From positions 1,011,494 through 1,075,493 of the forward strand of contig WELB01000010.1 of NCBI GenBank assembly GCA_009602725.1: a stretch of 64,000 bases of DNA, written 5' to 3'. A program made the position numbers and the translations under genes. The DNA is from Spirogloea muscicola. Taxonomy: Eukaryota. Position 1 is the stretch's first letter. Every line of letters starts with the position of its first letter. This document shows positions 38,109 through 53,800 of the stretch, piece by piece. The notes beneath the pieces were generated by a model that was given only the letters and a program-made list of their open reading frames with translations, did not search any database and was not told the origin of the DNA.

Positions 38109-39260
38109 TCAAGCGTCGGGGTCGGTGGACAGCGTGGCCTGGCCTCGAAGCTGCTGTATAAGCGCCTCCTGTCGCTCCACTGGCAGCGCCTGGAACATGA
38201 ATACCGACTTGTCGCCAATGTCGTCCTGCAGACAGATAAGGCACCCGTAAGTTTTCTTGGTTCAGGACTAAGCAGGCCAAGCATAATGTCGCAGTTAAGC
38301 TGGAGTGTGTCTGCGGACGTGCAGACAGGGGAGGCAAGATAGATGACGACGGAGCGCAATGCTGACCTTGATGGGTTGTGAGAATTTGCGTGCTGCAAAG
38401 ACAGCAAAGAGGGCCATGCACACCGCCAGCAGGCCACGCTCCGCGCCAGCATCCAGTCCGCCCGACTGCACAACGCCGGCTCAGAAGGCTCAGGACTTTG
38501 TTTCACTACCGCCGGCACAGCAAAAGCTCGGCTGCTGGGCATCTCATGCGTGGGTCCTGCCTGTATCGCGCCTCTTCGGAGCTACATTGCCCTAAGGCTT
38601 CCAATGGTCTGAAGCTACGACGGTGGCATCGAGCAGGCTCTGCTGCACACCAGGTGACCCAGCAGGAGCGAAGGGATGGCGAAGAAAAGCAGCGCCGCCT
38701 CCAGCTTGCCATAGCAAAGCCCTGGTGACGACAAGCACAGCCAGGTCCAGGAACGATCGTCATAGTGGATGGTCAGAGCCTCAGCTGCATTGGCAGTGTC
38801 CTAATGGTCTCGCCACAAGGCCAAAAAGTGCATCGACTTGCGTACATGCTTGCTAGCCGCGATAACGAGGCGCCAGCGGCAGCGGCTGGCTCTAGAACGT
38901 GGACGGAACGTGCACCTCAAGGCCTCAGTAGTTCGGAATCCTTCTCTACTGGTTCATGGTCCATGGAGGGAGGCGCACCTTCCTTGAAGACCAGGCCGGT
39001 GAGGGCGGCGAACATGGGCCCGACGGCCCACACGGCGCCCGGGTGGCCAACGACGAACTGCACGAGGCCCTCGCCAGCCGGCGCGGCGAAGTTGGCGGCG
39101 GTAGCTGCCGAGCCGAGGGCGCCGGCGAGCCAGAGGAGCTGCAGCGTGCGCTTGATGGGCGTGACGTAGATGTGCACGAGCGCCAGCGCGAGGCCGAGGC
39201 CAGCGGCGCCCGCCGCGAATGCCGCGTCCAGCGCCGCCGGCGGCGGCGCGCNGGACGCCA
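38109..39260 (-). CDS. DUF2301 integral membrane protein (cyanobacterial/plastid type); 5' end unresolved
   Basis: GLGLALALVHIYVTPIKRTLQLLW; VWAVGPMFAALTGLVFKEG|LCYGKLEA; ARKFSQPIK|DDIGDKSVFMF. Confidence 0.85.
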
Positions 39261-39714
39261 TGGCAGGCGCGAGCGCAGCGCCTGCCCGGCAGCCGGCGCC
39301 TACGCTTCGTCTCGTCAAGGGTTATCAGAAGGCGTGCTCGCCCTCCAGCCCGTGTGCTCCGTGTCGACGCCCGCGAGCGCCTTACCCGGCGGCCAACGCC
39401 AGCCCGGCGTCCAGCGCTAAACCCTCGTCTCGTCGGGGGTTTCACAGGCGTGCTCGCCCTCTGGCTCGTCTGCTCCGGCTCTACACACCTGGGAGGCCTA
39501 GAGGTCGTCGAAAATTCGAGCCAGTGCCAAGCAGGCGGCGGCGGCGGCGGCGGCGGTGGCGGCGGTGGCGGCGGCGGCGGCCGCGGCGGCCATGGCTGGG
39601 GGAGGGAGCTGCAGCTGCTGGCAGTGAGGCGGCCCTAAAAGCCAACGCCGAACGCACACAGAGGGTGTTCCATAAACGCACCTGCGCTTGATGAAGATTT
39701 TTTCTTTTTGTTGG

Positions 39715-40245
39715 ATGAAGGAAGCGAGAGAGAAGGCGCGCGGTGCGCATGAGATTGAAACGGTGGCCAATTCCAGCCCTTACAAATGTCGTGTTACGGG
39801 GTAATGAGCTAGCTAAGGGGGACACTACATATCCCCGAGTGAGCACATGCATATCTGACATGCTAAGCTGAGGCGCCAAACCACCGCCACGGAAGCCATT
39901 AAGCCTGGGCTAATGCAAGCCCAGCACGCTGGTGTATCGCGAGTGCCTGGGAGCGCTGTAGACTCATTGACAGCCGCATTCTACAGCACGCAACGATGGC
40001 TTGCGGGACGCTAGAATGCCCTAAGCTACCCGCCCGACTACGTCGGCGGGCATCGACATGCAGAGCCAGGCGATGGAGGAGGGAAGACCACTTCGTTCCG
40101 TAGCCGCCGTGTATGTCCATGGCGGATGGGAAGAAGTGGTCGCACAGGGGGTGGTCATTGTAGTGCCCCTCCTTCTTCCTCTCCGCATGATGTGGCTGCT
40201 GATATGGGGAAAAGCGGCTGTGAAAGCCAGCCAGATGCATACAGC
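39715..40245 (-). mobile_element. Composite relic: motif A, then an REL C-terminal fragment, 3' UTR and terminal motif
   Basis: HYNDHPLCDHFFPSAMDIHGGYG.KW..LLHRLA...RMRLSMSLQRSQALAIHQRAG resembles the C-terminus of the intact ORF. Also SMSDMHVLTRGY and the terminal ...TCATGCGCACCGCGCGCCTTCTCTCT. Confidence 0.85.
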
Positions 40246-40944
40246 AAGGTGTTCATGACGGAGCCACAAGCTACACAGCCAGGGCGCTCTCGATAGATGC
40301 TCAGGCCGCCTTCCAAAGCCACGCATGAGAGCACACCTGCACTGATGGACTCCCTGCTCGGCTTGGGCCCCTTTCAAGCGAGGACCTCACTGCCATTGCC
40401 ACATTGAGCAGAGCGCCTATGTGCTACAGACCACTGCATTGCCGAGCTGAACTTTTTACCTTGTCAGTCTGCCAGAGCGTCCTTGACAAGCCATTCGCGG
40501 GAAATCCAAGGCACTCCTTATTTCAGTCAAGAGCCAGTCCTTTGAATGTGACTTGCCCTATCCTGGACAACCCCCTGTTGCTGGCAGCAGTGGTGCTTTG
40601 TGAGGTGGTAATGCGGAGGGCAGCATACTGCGCAGGCATCCAAACATGCTTCTGGGACTGGCATGATCAAGCAGTGCTCCTTCGAGACCCAGAGTGAAGA
40701 GATATTAATCATCTGTATCAAGGGCAGCCCAGGCGACCATCAGGGCTACCTGCAGCTTGTGAAGGCATCATCTCCTCTTTAACATGCTCAGTTGCCACAG
40801 CGGAGCATGCTTGGCCCTCCCTTGGCCAAGCAAGGAGTGTGCACCGGTGCAGGCTTTGCCTGCCTGCTGTGTACCTCAAAGAGGCGCATGGCTTGAAGAA
40901 CGTTACTGCACTTAGGGATGGGCCCAAGACTTGAGGGAGGCTTG

Positions 40945-44138
<3,194 letters not shown>

Positions 44139-44232
44139 GGTCGCCGACGCCGCCGCCAAACGCGCCGCCGTGCGCCGCGGGCATGCAGGCGGAGCAATGC
44201 CGAGCTAGGAACGCGGCCAGCGGGGTCTCCTC

Positions 44233-44266
<34 letters not shown>

Positions 44267-44529
44267 TTACGCCGATAAGAGGCAGTGATATGGGGATCCG
44301 GGAGTGCGCGGGGCGGGGCATCTCTCTCTCCCCAGCAGCACCTCAAGCGTGTGACCAGCGCCTCGCCCGCGGAGGAGGGGGAAGCACCTGCCGCTTTTGA
44401 GGCGGCCGCTCCAAAGTGGCGATCCATGTCGCGGTGCCACATGGGGGACGCGCCGTACGCCGGCTGGCTGGGGCGAATGCCACCGCAGGCAGGCATCGGC
44501 GAGGAAGCGGCCTTTTTGCTCTCAAGAAG

Positions 44530-45570
44530 TAGAAAGCCTTTTCAGCTTCAGGCCCCCTTAGTAGCTGCTTAGCGCATTTTAGGCCCCTCCATCATTTGGC
44601 CCCTTCGAACCTTTGTCAATTCTTTTTCGGGCTGGCTTTTCACAGCCCTTGCCCCCATTGGGAGTGCCCCTTCTCTCTTTTCAGCAGGGGCTCGCCGTTC
44701 GAGGGAAGGCGCGCGATGCTGCATGAAATTGGAAGGGAGGCCAATTCAAGCCAATACAAATGTCCATGCAAGTCTATGGTGCTTAATCAATGCTGCATAA
44801 AACGAAAGCCATGCGCTAAGGTGGGGGTAGCCGTGTGACGTTAGTACACACGGTTGAGCATATACAAATCCGACAAGCTAACTTGGGGAGCCGGAGCGCC
44901 GCCACGGAAGCCGGTGGCCTGACTAAGAAGCAGCTCAAGAGAAGAAGCTCGTCCACTGGGAGCGAGGGCTGTAAACAGGCAGCCCACTCCACATGATGGA
45001 AAGAGCCCCGCAGTCCTGCGCGATGGTGGGCTCCCATTGAAGTAGTGGGGACAAGTGAGCACCTATTTGTAGAGGCACTTGGGTAGCTGTGTTGTGTATT
45101 GCTTTCCGGCCCCTTCGGACCTTCTCTATCATTTGATGGGCTGGCCGTTCATTCATCCGCCTCCTTTTTGGGCTGGCCTCTCCCAGCCACCAGTTAATCT
45201 GGCCGCGCTTGCTCTTTGTCGGGAGGTCAGCCTGGGGCACACTAGCATCCGCAGGTGTAAGTAGCATGTTACCGATCGCTGCTAGATATGCAGCGCTCCC
45301 AAGCTTTGGCTACACATCAGCATGCTGAGTGCGGTCTAAGACAGGCCACTGGCTTCTGTAGCGGTCGGTGCTCGAGCTCCCCAAGTTAGCTTGTCGAATC
45401 GGTATGTGCTCACTCGTGGATAATACAGTTCCCTTCAGCTGGTTCTTCCACAGTCCTAAGCCCCTCTTAGCATAGGGCTTCGCTTTGTGTAGCCCCATTC
45501 TTCGCACTAGCTTTTGCCTGAATATGTACTGGGCTTGATTTGGCCTCCCTCACACATCATGCGCACTCTT
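44530..45570. mobile_element. Cluster of retrotransposon relics (44596-44690 +, 44700-45010 -, 45100-45570 +)
   Basis: 44596-44670 is a near copy of 19969-20040. The minus strand encodes QATGFRGGAPAPQVSLSDLYMLNRVY*. The plus strand has QVSLSNRYVLTRG at 45382-45420. Terminal motifs at ~44705-44750 and ~45530-45567. Confidence 0.8.
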
Positions 45571-46014
45571 GGGATGATTATTCTTTACTTGAGTAAGGAT
45601 GCTGGCCTTCTGCAAAGCAGTTCACACCCGGACCATTGGTGGTTCCCCCGTCGTTCCCTTGGTGCAATAGCTCAACTTAGCCTTCGAAAGGATGAGTACT
45701 GGCTCGACTTGGCTAATTCAATCTATGCGCATTCCAAGGGGTTTTGGTAAACCTAACCTGTGATATCCTTCATCAATCTCAGTGTAGAGGTTCGCCTTGA
45801 CCACCAAAGCGTGTGTTCGTTCGGATACTGCCCTCTTGAAGAGTTGTTCCCTCAAGTAATGGCGGAGGGGAAGGAATGCCACTAAAGCTTGTATGCAATG
45901 GCGCATGTTGGGGGCAGCAATGGGGTGTGCATTGAATCATGGAGGTCCTGACTGGCCGAGTACCAAGGCAAGCACATTGACAGATGTACATCATCTGCTG
46001 CTAAGCTGACCTGC

Positions 46015-46515
46015 TCAGTAACCACGAGTCAGCACATAGAGGTCGCTGACTGATGCCCGAATATCGGACGGCATATCACAAGCTCTCTTGCCACCAGCTA
46101 AGGCTCGACCAGCTATCTGGTGCAAAGCATGAGCTTGAGCTCGCTGCCAACATGCTGACACACGACGTCGCAAAAATGATAAAGAGGCTGCCGGCATACC
46201 CATTCTGGGCTGGAAGCATATCCTCACGTTGTGCATATCCTAGACTTGCAATGTTCTTAAGTACTGTATGAAATCGGAAGACCCATGCAGCCAAAGGTGT
46301 CAAATTGCTGGTAGAAGGTGATCACTGCGGGGGTAGTCTTCCGCAGGGGACGTCTGCTCGCTCGTGAATACTGATTTCACACTGTTACCTCAGCCACCTT
46401 AGCATAGGGCTTCGTTTCATGTAGCCTTATTTGTTTCCAACTTTTTGCCTGGAAATGGACTGGCTTGATTTGGCCTCCCTTTCATTTCATGCGCACCGCG
46501 CGCCTTCTCTCTCAG
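46015..46515. mobile_element. Two relics (46015-46300 -, 46355-46515 +)
   Basis: Minus strand: FLRRRVSACWQRAQAHALHQIAGRALA...ASVSDLYVLTRGY*. Plus strand: 3' UTR and terminal motif TTGGCCTCCCTTTCATTTCATGCGCACCGCGCGCCTTCTCTCTC. Confidence 0.8.
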
Positions 46516-47293
46516 TTGAGAGTAGTGCTGCAGCTTCTCTGCTCTGCACTTCCCACTGCGTGGTCAGCAATGTGGGTCGATGCTGGACTTTTGTACGCCT
46601 CCGTCACAACCACATTGACCAAGGCTCGTGGGCCTCCGCCAGGTTGTACACCTATAATGTCTAGGGTGCGACGGTGATGGCATCCCTGAAGGAGGGAGGG
46701 GGAGGCTGGAGGTCGGAGGGCAAGAAGAGGGCGTTAAGGAGCTATCGTGCTCTGTCACAATGATCGAATACATCATTAGACCAGACCAGTAGTTATCAAT
46801 GTAGGAAATTTTCACGTTGGCCAGCAGATTGAGCAACTACGTGCAATACCGAGATGGAGTAAGGGTGATTACTTACTCAGATGATTTGAACAAATGCACG
46901 AATCTCTGTATGTGTATCAAGCACAAGCATGAAGAGCTTCATAAGCTCCACTTCAACGTTGTTCTTCTTGTGCAATTAGCCAACTCGATGTTCGTCAGAT
47001 CAATCTTGTTGGGCAACCATCTATTTACATTCTCTTGTGGTCAAGGGATGGCCAGCTACTTTGAATGTACTAATAATGACGACTACATCGATAAGTGTAA
47101 CAGAACCAGGCTATGGCACGAGATGTCAAAACGACCCTACACCTTGTCACTCCTTGTCAATGAATGATATAACCCAAGCTTTGAATGTTGTAACTAAAGC
47201 GTCGACTCTAAGGTCAGGCCGGGTTGGGGCTTGCTGTGGTGTCCTGCTTGTTTTGTGGTCATTGGGAACTCCCCCCGGGAGGGGAGTTGGTGG

Positions 47294-47489
47294 GTGGGGT
47301 GTGCCCTCCCCGGAAGTAGTGCAATACCGGGGCGACGCCGGCGGGCCCGAGCAGCAAGCTGCCCCTGTGGGTCCCGCCCCCCCGAAAAATTAGATTAATA
47401 TCATGTGACCCGATGGGTCACGTATCAGATATTAAACTGATAAGAACAGATACTACACTTGATCTTAGCCAAAAGGCCGAGAAAGGTAT
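47294..47489 (-). ncRNA. U2: U2 spliceosomal snRNA
   Basis: Minus strand ATACCTTTCTCGGCCTTTTGGCTAAGATCAAGTGTAGTATCTGTTCTTATCAGTTTAATATCTGATA. It contains the branch-recognition sequence GTAGTA, the Sm site AATTTTTCG and the loop IV sequence TATTGCACT. Confidence 0.98.
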
Positions 47490-47513
47490 GCTTGATCCGT
47501 GCAAGCGGGGGGG

Positions 47514-47564
47514 TTATGTAGGGGTTTAGTTGGGAGCTGCGCTGCCCGCCCCGCGGCATGGGAT
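47514..47564 (-). promoter_or_regulatory. Plant-type snRNA promoter: USE-like ATCCCATGCCG (47564-47554) plus TATA-like TACATAA (47520-47514)
   Basis: Resembles the plant USE consensus RTCCCACATCG at about -70 and a TATA at about -30, with a 33-bp spacer typical of Pol II snRNA genes. Confidence 0.65.
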
Positions 47565-48644
47565 TAAACGGCGGGCATCTGGAGTCCAAGGTCCACGACC
47601 GTGACGTGTTATAGAACACCGGCGAGCGCTACCGCTTGCATTCCTGTATAACGTGTACATCCAAGAAGCAACAAGCGATTCTCTACTTTAAACCGGAGGC
47701 TGGAATTGTGGCGGCGCGCGCCCGAGCGATTATCCCCACCCGTCCATCCCGTGTCGAGGAGAAGATTTATCCCACGGCGTCCGTCATAAGTACCGCGGCT
47801 TCTCCAACGCGTCATGCCGCTTCCTCGGCATTGCTAGCTTCATCTCCTCAGGAGGTAGATAACAGTATTTGGAATCGTCAGCACGTCCTGAGCACGGACC
47901 CGGCGGGGCCGTCAGTGGCGCGCCGCCGTGGCGGCCTTCTTTATTAGCCACGTTGGCATCCTAGGCGTCGGCGCCGACGCGACAGAGCGTTGCGCGCCCC
48001 GTCGGGATAGCGTCGGCGTCCCGTCGATGATCCCGGCTGCGACGTCCTCGTCGCGTCGTCGTCGCGTCTTGGCCGAAAAGGCGGCGGGGGGTCGTCCCTC
48101 CGGCGACGGAATGCCCTAACTCGTCGGCCATTCCGGAATCCAAAACTCCGGCCGCCAAGAAGGGTGGAGAGACGGCGGAATGCCGCGGCCGCCGCCCCCG
48201 CCGCGGGCCGGGCTTCCGGGAAGCTGGGGTAGCGGCCGCCAGGTGGCCCGCCGCACGCGGACCCGAAAAGGGGTCCCGCCGCAAATCCCACGACCCCGCA
48301 GATCGGAGGCGGATGGCGCCCAGCAAGCCTCGCCCTAACATAATCAAGAACTACACCTGCTGTATGCACCTGGCCGGCCGCTTGCAGTCGATTGTCATAT
48401 TGTTTCTGGGCATCCCCCCTCGGCCCCCTTTGGGAGAGCCATTTTCTCTCCTTCCTCCGAGCGCCTTCGCATTAACAGCCGCTCTTTGTTAGAAGCCGCG
48501 TTATTTCGTATCCCAGACCAGGGCCTGTCTACCCGCCGCTGCCGTCGCCGCGGTTGCGCCCGCGGCGACGGCGGCGGCGGCGGCGGCGGCGGCGGGGGGG
48601 AGCGCTCCGGAAAAGGAGGCGGGGACCACGGCGGAATTTGCGGN

Positions 48645-50024
48645 CCACATCTACTCGTGGCGCCGCGGCTACCTCTACGCCCACCACGGTGAGCCCGCCG
48701 CCGTCACCGCCGCCGCAGCCGCAAATCTCTCGCGTAGAACCTGTAGCGAAGCCACGGACAGAAGACAATGAAGCGGGAACGACATCGGAATCGCCGGTTT
48801 TGCTCCTGCAGCTGCCAGCATGCTCGCCAGCAACAATGCTGGCAAGGGCCCGCAGCTGCAAGGATTGCCATTTGCTGCTATTTTTTGCCACGGCAGGAGT
48901 GGCTGCCAGCGGCGAGCAAGCAGCGCAGCGTAGCGGCCATGCGCAGGCCGCGCCCACAACCGTGTTGGCGCGGCCGTTGCCGCGCCCACACGATCGTTGT
49001 CGCTGCCGTCTAACACTCGCCGCTCTGGTCATGTGGTCATGGACCTCACTGCGTTACGCGCGCTCTGAATTCATAGGGATCTATGTCGGTAGTGGTCGCG
49101 TGATCCACTTCACGCGCGGGCGGGACCGCGAGCTGGGTACCGGCACGCGCCTGGACGTCATCTTCGCCAGCTCCGCGCCGCCGGCGGCGGAGGACGCCGT
49201 GTGCCCCGACTGCGGCCTGCACGGCCTGAGCCACGGCGTTGTCGAGTCCTGCCTCGCCTGCTTCCTCTCCGGGTGCCCGCTCTACTGCTACGCCTACTCG
49301 GCCGACGTCCTCAGCTTCCTGGGCAAGCGCGGCGGCACCTGCTCGCTCACGGCGGCGCACGACGCGGAGGCCACCGTGCGCCGCGCGCGCTGCCTCCTCG
49401 CCCACGGCTTCGGCGAGTACCAGCTGTTTGACAACAACTGCGAAGACTTTGCCGTCTACTGCAAGACGGAGCTCCTGGTGCTGCCGGACCGCACACGGCT
49501 CGGCGGCAGCGCCCAGGCGTCGTCCATCCTCGGCGCCTTCCACTCTGCGGCGCTGTCCGCGCCCGCCCGCATGCTCACCGCCTCTGGCCCCGCTGTGTCG
49601 CTCGCCCTCGTCGCCGGCTTCTACTACTGGGGAAGGTCTGCTCTCATCAGACAATTATACCCATCTTACTGTGCTATTTGCTGATGCAAATGCCATCTGT
49701 TTAGGGAATGCAAACCTTATCTCCTCATGTTGAGGTGATGTACCTCCTGACGGCCAATTGCTGCTGCGCTGCCTCCACCTTCTCCACAGGGTCGCGCACG
49801 ATATAGGTGTGCGGAAGGATGCTGTACGGCTCCCGGTGGAGGAGCTGGTCGAGAACCTCAAGCTTGCCCATCACTCGGCCCGGGAGGCGGCCGCCCTTCG
49901 CGTGGTCGGCACAGCCGCGGCCCTGCTGGCCACTGAGGCTAGCCAGGTGTACCTTCTTGACGCCCCCACAGCTTGTCCGCCACACTCCAACGCTGATTTG
50001 ACCCCCGAGCTGGCCACGTCTTAG
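48645..50024 (+). CDS. LRAT / NC-domain protein (permuted NlpC/P60); start lost near the N at 48644
   Basis: HIYSWRRGYLYAHHG|IYVGSGRVIHFTRG; GGTCSL; FGEYQLFDNNCEDFAVYCKT; DIGVRKDAVRLPVE. Confidence 0.9.
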
Positions 50025-50869
50025 GGGATCTGACGACGTGCACAGCTGCAAGGAAGTGCACATCCTGTTGCCCTTTGGAAGCTTGCCTCAAGGCTATTCA
50101 AGTCGCACGGGTGTTAAGGTGGGCATGACATTGGACACACACAATCTGCATCATTGTGTACATACAAACAACCCAGCAAAGTTGCAGAGTGGACATTTTC
50201 GTACCGTGGTGCCGCTAACCCTAGCCGGCTGTCATTCGTTTTGTCAGAGCCATAGACAAATTCCCAGCTTATTATTTGGAATATGTTGCCCCTCTTGCTT
50301 TCACTGGATGAGCAGTAGTATCAGAGATACTCCTAAGATCTGAGTATAGAGAAGAACAAATTTTTACCATGCGGTGATGCGCATGCAAACCTGCCAGACC
50401 ACTTCTTCATGAACACTATGCACATGTCCCACAAGCAGAGTGCAGCAGGTGATAATTGATATTTTCAGCACATTCAAAAGCTGCACAAGCAGGAGATAGA
50501 AGCTGCATCAGTATCATGCATGGTCTTGTTTTCATGCTTCAGAAGCGTGGCACAAAGTTCCTGAATGCCTATTGCAGGCACGGGTTTAAGTGTGAGGAGT
50601 GCTGGGGCACGCATTGCATGCGCCAATCCAGAAAAATAATACAGAAGCCGCACAATCGGGCAGCAAAAGGCTAAGCTTGGAGAATGTTAAGCAAGGTGGA
50701 AGCTACACCCAGATCACACTGAGCCTGTCTATTGAGATGGAAATGCCGCTAGGCAGGATAAGGGTTGGGTCAAGATGGCTACACCGACGTCTGAACCTAC
50801 ACTGCTGCATGATTACTAAGTTGCTGCTTTTTGAGGGGAGATTTACGTCAAGAAGTTGCACCAGTTGCA

Positions 50870-53800
50870 TCAAGATGTGCCCAAGGCATACAAGAGGTCT
50901 CTAATGACCTCCTTGCCTCTCACAAAATTCATCCACCGAAGCCTCTCGTTCTGCACAGGCAGAGGGAGGTACTTTGGAGCAGGTGAGAAGAAGCAGTTGC
51001 GCCCTTGCAGCAGTTGCTCTTACACTGACACTTGATGTATATATATAGTCGTCCTAATGGTGGTGCGTGCTTGGCACAAAGTACCTGAGGTGCCGAATGA
51101 TCAGTCGCTTGACTGATTGGCAGCTGCAGAGCTGGCGCGCCCAGCACTTTCTCCAAGAATGGCAACACCGGCAAAGTGCCGCCTTCTCTCACATACCTGC
51201 AGCAGGACACATGCAGGCCTTGAGACTGCAAGACATGCAAGGTGTGCTTACCAGACAAATCGGCTGGACGTTGGTGTGGATTTACATTCTCTTGTCATCA
51301 CCACCGGATTGAAGCATTGCACAGAGTTTCTGTTACTTGCCAAACTAGCTACTCGTGACCCATGTGTCGTACATACGAGATGTGGTACTATATGTCAAGA
51401 CCAAAGTGCTAGGTTACTAGACCAGACCCAAGTGGACATCTGCCAGAACCTGTGACAGGTGTAAGACCCAAAGATACGTACATAGGTCGCATCCCCCACT
51501 GCTTCTCAATGGCCTTCTCAGCAGTTTTGTAGAAATGACAATTGGGATCAGCCAACCACCTGTCAGAATGTGCAAGCGCAGATTTTGTATCAAAGCATGC
51601 CAGCACAATATGCGCCTTACATCTCAACAAACGAGGGAGAGCTTTGACCCCTGCTTCTCCGGGAGAAAGCTTCTAATATACTGATGCAAAGACTATAACA
51701 CTCTTGAAGAGACATGCTGTGACTGAGACTTGCTCAGTGTCTCTGCTTTGCTGGTGACTCACGCATGTTGCAGTCCAGTAAGAGTACTTTCTAACTCTAA
51801 GCAATGACAATAAGCACTACAACACCAGATTGAACACATCACTCACCAGTCTCCCACGTGAGCGACTCTGACGTTGATCTTGTTGCCAACTGACCGCAAC
51901 TTTGCAAACTCATGATTGATGTGACCTCGGAACTTGTCCACAAGCCTCTCTGGGTTCTGGTCAGGCACGTGTCTGATGCAGACCTGAAAGCACCACAACA
52001 AAGTCCTCCAGGCATGAAGGACAGAAGCCAATAGGGCACATGTCTTCGTTTGAGCACCAAAATAAGCTTAACGGACTTCACAAAAAATGTGTCATAAGCA
52101 TGGCCGTCTCAAGTACACACTACCCAAAATGATGTCATCATGCTCCCTTTCTGGCAAACATAATACGCTTAGGAGGTATCAAACTCGACAGACATTGACC
52201 AAGAGACGCACTCTGGCTGTGCAGCTCCTTGGAATGACCGACCATCCATGTGCTGCTGAATCGATGCCAGTTATGCTGAGTGACGGGTTTCGCCACCTAT
52301 TTAGCAGGACATCTTTTGGAGAGGAGGCTGCTAGAGCTCTTAATCCACTGGCAACCTGCGCTGGCCAGACGCAGGTGCAGGCCAGTGAGAGCTTTCACAA
52401 GCTGGCCAAGCTAGTAAAATATCCTTACTTCAGCTTGAAGCCTTGCTTCAGAATGAGGCAGAGTGTAGGGATACAACTGCATGATCAGAATGACCTTGTA
52501 GTCCTCGAGTTGAAAGGACAGCTCCTCATAGAGCGCTGCTTCCTCATCATCTAAAGGCTTTACGTCATCATAGAAGCCTGGAACACATTAAGCACACATT
52601 CCACCACTCTGTCATATCAGAAAAAAGTTCAAGTGGACCTCAAAAGCATATTGAAAGCAATATCAAGCAGCAATCTGCAGCACAAAATCACTGCTTCAAA
52701 AGCATCGTATAAGCACACCGGGAATGAGGATCATATTGTTGGAGTCGACAAGGTGGGAGAGGACTGTGACAAGGTCATTCATGGGCTCGGAGAAAGCTCC
52801 TCCATCTGTGCCAGAATGAAGGTCCTTCGCTGGCCCGTCGACCTCCACTTCGAGGCAGATCAAACCCCTCATGCCATATGTCAAGCAAGGGTACTCATCG
52901 CTGCAGATTGGGCACAACATACTTTGAGATAGGTGGCAGATAAGCCCATCTGTGGCGCTCTTAGGCTGGATTCCACAAGCAAGGTCATGAATGACGCATT
53001 TGTTGCAGCAAGCACTGCCAGACTTGCAGGTGATCGACCATCCTAATTCTGCAGATCTCTGAATTTTGCCTAGTGCTGCAGCACAAAGCGTCACTGACTT
53101 GAACCAGGAGCCACTGGCCGAGAGGATGAAACCCGTGCCTTCAAACCACTCAAGGTTAGCTTGCACAGCCTCTCTAAAGCCCTGCACACAAGTGTAGACC
53201 AGCCTGTGATGCTGAGCAGCTAATTCCACTACAGCCCAACTAGCTATTAAGTGCAGTACATGGTAATGAGTACAAGCAGGGAGTCCTAAGAAGAAATAAT
53301 GTTTAAGTGCTATCACGTAGATAAACATTGGTTCTAGTAGTGGCTTCCTTCATGGCAAGGTACGAGTATAAAGTAGGTGGTCATCCATATATAACCTGGC
53401 TGTTTGAGATTGTTACCTGCGAGCCGCTTTCCTGCATGCCATCAATGATAAAAATGACATTCGCCTTCAATTCTCCGCTTGTCACTAGCTCCTGAAAAAG
53501 AGCAGACAGATGATTCATGTCTTTGGACAAATTACATTGCAAACAATTTGAAAAACATACCAGCAGATACCATTGGGCGACAGGCAAGAACTCAAAGCCA
53601 CCAAAAAGTGAGCTTTGTACTGTTGCTCTGCTGATCAATCTTAACAAGTCCGACTAAAAGGACAGGCCCACGACACTGACAAAAACGTCACAAAAGGCCA
53701 GGTCTTACTTTGACAGCAAAGATGGAAGCAACCAAGGGCCCCTTGCTGTCAGAGACCCCTCTTCCATGTAAATAGCCATCAATTGCAGTAACATCGAATG

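Noticed and set aside
45718..45994. Short ORFs between relic clusters
   Set aside because: No recognisable domain or splice context; cannot be supported as genes.
46841..46852. GTGCAATACCG identical to the U2 loop IV region
   Set aside because: An 11-nt match with no flanking U2 similarity; probably chance.
48362..48380. ATGCACCTGG resembling the U1 5' end downstream of a USE-like word
   Set aside because: Lacks ATACTTACCTGG, the U1 stems and an Sm site; USE-TATA spacing is atypical.
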